Positions 59,281-64,000 of a stretch of DNA of 64,000 nucleotides are shown piece after piece; the first letter of the stretch is position 1, and every line of letters begins with the position of its first letter. The translations under genes and the position numbers were made by a program. The notes beneath the pieces are model-generated. The model was not told the origin of the DNA, did not search any database, and saw only the letters and a program-made list of their open reading frames with translations. The stretch is from Squalus acanthias (Eukaryota), in the NCBI GenBank assembly GCA_030390025.1, contig CM059438.1, positions 59,708,001 through 59,772,000 on the forward strand, given 5' to 3'.

Positions 59281-61557
59281 GTGCTCGAACAATTTGACAA
59301 AACTCAATCCTGCATTAATCAGGCTCGAAGGCAGAAAGCAGCCCACAGATTCAGTGATGCCTCCTGGGAGATATTGCTCCAGGGAGTCAGGGCTCGCAGG
59401 GACATCCTCTGCCCGGCTGATGGGAGGAAGAGGCCAGCTGCTCAGACGAAAAACGCACGGCTGGAGATTGCTGACGAAGTGAGCAGCAGGAGTGTTGTTG
59501 GCAGGACTTGGGTCCAGAACCGGCAACGCTTTAACGACCTCATGAGGTACAAAAAGGTGAGTACAATTGCCCTACATCCTGATGTGCGTGTCACCCCAAC
59601 CCCTTCGCTCTGCCTTCCCAAACCTACTCCTTCACATCATTCCTCACACCAACCTACCTTACAGGTGCGCCCATCCCTCACTGTCTTTTCACCTACTCAC
59701 ATCCCCATCTGACCATCCATCACTGACACTCACCCTCACCTTAATGCAATGTAACGCCTCTCCCTCATATCACTCGCAACAGACATTGCCCATCCATCCC
59801 TTACACTCATTCCATGACTCTCATTCAAATGTCTCTTCTTGTTTCCCTCCTTGCAGGGGAAGAGAGCACAGAACACCCGGGAGAGGCAGTGAACCGGTGG
59901 TGGCCCTCCAATCACGACACCGCTCACTTCAGCAGAGGAGGAGGCCCTGGAGCTGAGCCGTGCTGCGGAGCTGCTGGCTGTAGGAGATGGATAGAGGGGG
60001 ACGTCCCAGCTTCCTGATGACAGAATTAAATATCACACAGCCACATGGCATACAACAATCACTCATGTTGACTTGATGTCAGCAGCCAGTGAAATATGAT
60101 CATGTGCATAATGATACAGGAAACTTTCGTTTATCCGGCATCGACGGGACCGGCGTGGTGCCGGTTTATCGAAAGTACCGGATAACGGAGAGTTATATCT
60201 ACCGAGGCTATTTTTAACAAAGAGACTCCAGGCAGCGCGGGAGAATCAACTCCTGCTACTGCAGTGTTTCGGACTTCCGACAGCGCCAGGAGGCCGAGTA
60301 GTGGCACTTTTGAAAAGTACCCCTACTGACTAAATCGGCGTTCGCGGACTCGGACTCGGACTCGGGATCGGCAACATTGCCGGTTATTTGAGAGGAGTTT
60401 TCGGAGCACTCGGCATTCGCGGAGACTCGACTGCGACTCGGCAACATTGCCGGTTATTTGAGAGGAGTTTTCGGAGGATGATTTTTGCCGGTTAAGCGAG
60501 AATTCCGGATATTTGGGTGCCGGATAAACGAAAGTTTCCTGTAACTTAAAACAATCTTATCAGCACCGTTCTAATTCATGTCTTTACTCTCCCACGGGCC
60601 CATCCAGTGTCCTCCCCACTGTCCAGCCAGAGGAGGAAGACGATGCGTCAGAGGAGGTCGTGAACTCTGAAGGTGCACCGTCACATGACCCATGCGCACC
60701 CAGCACCAGCGCAGATGCACACACGTCGGTGGGTCTAGTAAGTGAGAAAGTAGTGATGAAACCTGGTGTCTCACAGATCACATGTGAGCAAGAGTAAGAT
60801 GGTGGAGACAGGGTCAGCAGTGGCGAGTTCTCGTCGGAGGGCACAGGACGCTCCAAGCTCTGCAGATGCTGAACCTCGGGGGCCGTCGACAAAGAGGATG
60901 ATTCTTAAGCAGCAACAGAAAATGCGGGAGGCTCTGGCAGCGTTTCCAGCCGTGATTGGAGGGAGAATGGAGGAGTCCATCTCCAACATGAGCGGCATGA
61001 TGTCTCAGGCGGTGGCTGTGATGTGCTTGTCCATGGAAAGGGTGGCCACCTGCATGGAGCATCAATGCGCCAGTCAAACGAGAGCATGCTTGCTGTGAAC
61101 AACAGCTTGCAGACTCTGATTGCAGCCATATCCAGGATGGATAGAAACCTAGCGTTGGCCATTCGTTGCCCTACTGCTGTGCAGCAAAGTGCTCTCCAGC
61201 TCCTTGCTAGCAGAGAAGTGTGGGTGGGCCATGAGAGGGATGATGGTGAGAGGGGACATGGAAGTGAGGAGTCTGCTCAAAGCATTCCCACTTCTCTCCC
61301 GGCGCCCCCCACCACCCCCACCTCAGCCAGAGGCCCACATGCTGCCTTGTATCCCGATGGCCAAGTCTGCCCCTGCACAGGTGCAGGAGGAGCAGTCTTT
61401 GGCAGGGCCCGCACAGTCACCGAAACCCAGAGGACGTCCGCCAAAAGTATCTGAGCAGTCAGAGCAGGGAAGTGAGCAGCCTGCCTCTACCTCTGCTGAA
61501 GCCACGGGGGTTGCACGGCGTAGGAATTGTAGAAAGAAGAAGATGACACAATTGTAG
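59281..61557 (+). pseudogene. Harbinger Myb/SANT-like DNA-binding protein (MSANTD4/NAIF1-like family), multi-exon, decayed
   Basis: Exon 1 reads RFSDASWEILL...IADEVSS...RTWVQNRQRFNDL, ending AAG|GTGAGT at 59556. Acceptor ttgcAG at 59856, then GKRAQNTRERQ*TGGGPP...LTSAEEEALEL. A later exon (~60.6-61.56 kb) is acidic, coiled-coil-like and Pro-rich with a PRGRPPK AT-hook-like motif. Confidence 0.82.
60117..60541. mobile_element. 425-bp Tc1/mariner-pogo (Tigger-like) MITE
   Basis: Perfect 24-bp TIRs CAGGAAACTTTCGTTTATCCGGCA (60117-60140 and 60518-60541), TA on both sides (60115-60116 and 60542-60543), and a non-coding CpG-rich interior. Confidence 0.93.
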
Positions 61558-61825
61558 ATGCACAAGGGTATGCATATGGGTGTGTCATAAAATGTTAGAT
61601 GGTTAAGGTTCCGCTGAATTTTTGAGCCACATAAAATGATTTATTTCCACCACTTTCCTGTCTTGTCCATTTTTGCCTGCTGCCTGGCAAGTGGCCTTGT
61701 CACTTGGAGTTATTGGTAAGACATTAATTACCTCGAGGAATGGGTGTGTGACAGGAATGGTTTGGTCATTTTAGGACTGCTTTGTGGTGGTGGTCATGGG
61801 GGGGTTGGGGAAGTTGGTTCAGCAT

Positions 61826-63045
61826 TTAGGTGCCGTATGGGTGCACTGGTGCAACCTGACTAAATTGTGCCATGATGAGGCCATCCCGGGCCTCCCGGGC
61901 AGCAATGTGCACCACTGCTGGTGCCATGTCCCCTTCAGGTTCCTCCTGCTCCTCCTCCTCCTCCTCCTCCGAAAGGGCCCTGCGCTCTGCACCTTGCTCC
62001 TCCTGCAGCTCCAATCCTTGGTGCTGTGATATGTTGTGCAGAGCGCAGCAGACCATGATCATTCTGGAGACCCTGGCTGGTGCGTATTGAAGGGCTCCTC
62101 CAGATCTGTTCAGGCATCTGAAGCACATCTTCAGCATCCCGAATGCTTGCTCTATTACCCATCTTGTCATCATCTGGCTTTGATTATAGCACTCTTCGGC
62201 CTCATTGCTTGGCCTCCTCAAGGGTGTCATCAGTCACGTCTTCAATGGATAGCCCTTGTCTCGAAGCAGCCAGTCGGTAAGTCTGGTCGGAGATGCGAAG
62301 AGCTGAGGGAGAGCGGACTGGTGCAGGATGAATGAATCATGACAGTTCCCAGGGAATCTGACACACACATGCATGATGATTTTTTTTGTGGTTGCAGATG
62401 AGCTGCACATTGATGGAGTGGAAGCCCTTATGGTTCACAAACACTCCTGGGTGACGATGGGGTGCCTTGATGGCCACAAGTGTGCAGTCGATGACACCCT
62501 GCACCTGTGGGAAGCCAGCCAGAGCCGCAAAGCCGAACGCCCGCTCAGTCTGACTGGCTTCATCAGTGGCAAAGTGTACATAAGTGCCTGAATTGTCAAA
62601 CATGACATCGGTCACCTGGAAGATGAATTTGCGGGCCGACTGCGAGATGCTGCAAATGTCTTCTTCAGATCCCCGGAAGGAGTCTGAGGTAAAGAAGCTG
62701 AGGGCGGTGGTGACTTTGACAGCCACTGGTAACGCGTGTCCACCAGGCCTACTTGGCAGCAGCTCTTCTTCCAGCTGGCCACAAATGTCTGCCACAACCT
62801 GATACGATAGCCTGAGCCTCCTGAGGCACTGCTGTTCTGTCCAGGAAGCTGATCCTCTGCCTGTATACCCGGTGTCGGGGATATCGCCTCCTGCGAGGTG
62901 CACCCCTGTACTGATCCCCTCTCTCTTTCGGAGCAGCAGGTCGGTGGGGAGAAGGCTGCTGCTGCTGCTGCTCGTGTTGATGCTGCTGGGGCTCATCTTG
63001 GTCTTCATCTGAGGTCCAAGGTGAAACAACACAAGCGGCACCCAT
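61826..63045 (-). pseudogene. Harbinger transposase (HARBI1-like DDE nuclease), frameshifted
   Basis: [80 protein letters not shown] and CCALHN are spread over ORFs 62749..63087, 62337..63041 and 61826..62230. Confidence 0.93.
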
Positions 63046-63542
63046 GCTGATCTGATAGATGCCAGGTGAAGTGACGATCAGAGGCACACTTCTCCAATGT
63101 AGTGAGAGCGACTTCCAAAGTTGTAGAAATCACCTGCAAACTCCTGAAAGCAAACTCTCAGCACAACTGGTGTCAGCCAGAGCCTTTCCCTTGGGGAAGG
63201 AAGCAGGTGCCGGTGAGGTGCCAGTATTTATGCGATTTTTTTTTTTTGACTGTCATTTGTTCAACTCCCGCAATGGCCGCTGTGCTCTCACCTTGCTTTC
63301 ACTGGCAAGGTTCAGCAAGCACAGGAATCCCATTGAACAGCCAGTAAAAGCTGTAACATCAGGTAAAAAAAAGGCTGTTAATAGCCTCTTAACGAGCTCT
63401 AAACTGCTTTAATTAGGTCACCCCCCCCCTCTCCCGAGGGGGTCTCTGGCGCGCTGACTAATGCGCACGAGTTAAAGACAGAAGCCGATGAGCTGAAGCC
63501 GGCTTCCGGACGCGCTGTAATTTCAGTGCTTTTAACGGCCCA

Positions 63543-63575
63543 CCCGCACACAAACCCGCACACAAACCCGCACAC
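63543..63575. repeat. Subterminal 12-bp direct repeats (CCCGCACACAAA x ~3) beside the Harbinger right TIR
   Basis: Seen directly. Subterminal motifs are the known binding sites of Harbinger Myb-like proteins; the function here is inferred. Confidence 0.7.
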
Positions 63576-63598
63576 TCTTCAAAGTAAAAATTCAGCCC

Positions 63599-63680
63599 AT
63601 CATTTCTAGAGCCTATTTAATTTCCTCCTTCAGGTCCCTCAGGCTCCCAGGATGTATCCTGTCGGGCCCTGGTGCTTTGC
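63599..63680 (-). mobile_element. Short old CR1-like ORF2 fragment
   Basis: Minus-strand translation KAPGPDRIHPGSLRDLKEEIK*ALEM matches the KSPGPDG.HP.VLKE motif. Confidence 0.6.
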
Positions 63681-63767
63681 GTATTGTGTGTTAAAGTCAG
63701 CACTAGCTTTGTAGATTTCTGTAGGTATCTCATCACACCCTGAGGCTATACCACACTTTGATTGTAT

Positions 63768-64000
63768 GACTATTCCAACGCTCTCCTAGCCGCCTTCCCT
63801 CTTCCACCCTCCGTAAACTTCAGCTCATCCAAACCTCTGCTGCCCCGTGTCCTAACTCGCACCAAGTCCCGTTCACCCATCACCCCTGTGCTCGCTGACC
63901 TACATTGACTCCCAGTCCAGCAACGCCTCCCATTTAAAATTCTCATCCTTACATTCAAATTCTTCCCTGGCCTCGCCCCCTCCCTATCTCTGTAAACTCC
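63768..64000 (+). mobile_element. L2-clade LINE ORF2 C-terminal fragment (runs off the window)
   Basis: DYSNALLA...TLRKLQLIQ.SAA..LTRTKSRSPITPVLADLH*LPVQQRL.FKILIL.FK, typical of L2 ORF2 C-termini. Confidence 0.85.

Larger units (their letters stand above)
59000..63598. mobile_element. Harbinger/PIF DNA transposon, TIR-to-TIR, with two convergent decayed genes
   Basis: Left TIR GGGCTGAATTTTTAACTTTG (59000-59019). Right end CAAAGTAAAAATTCAGCCC (63580-63598), whose reverse complement is GGGCTGAATTTTTACTTTG. Encloses a Myb/SANT gene (+) and a DDE nuclease (-). Confidence 0.92.

Noticed and set aside
61826..63045. Domesticated host HARBI1 gene (and NAIF1/MSANTD4 for the Myb gene)
   Set aside because: Frameshifts and stops, enclosure by TIRs and pairing of the two genes indicate a transposon copy, so no gene symbol was assigned.
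57276..63603. ATCAT at 57276 and 63599 as a TSD around CR1 C plus the Harbinger
   Set aside because: The sequences outside these sites (Myb fragment and CR1 fragment) are unrelated, so they are not a split target; likely coincidence.

Overview
Repeat-dominated vertebrate genomic DNA. The repeat families resemble those of cartilaginous fish (shark-like), which is an inference. About 46.8 kb is one 24-bp tandem satellite (GACTGGGGAATACACACAGATACT, roughly 1,950 copies estimated by length), broken by two 500-N scaffold gaps that flank an inverted block. All the giant ORFs in the track are artefacts of this unit. On the left, the satellite is interrupted by a nested stack: an APE-RT LINE (1661-9007) contains a CR1 with an esterase ORF1 (~3101-7607), which contains a solo-LTR-like insert (5124-6380). 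On the right lie a 46-bp minisatellite sharing the satellite core, a short non-repetitive island with a possible terminal exon, a minus-strand CR1, and a TIR-to-TIR Harbinger/PIF transposon (59000-63598). The Harbinger carries convergent decayed Myb/SANT and HARBI1-like nuclease genes and a young TA-flanked MITE in an intron. No intact protein-coding gene, RNA gene or CRISPR array is supported, and I did not find a convincingly new biological system.
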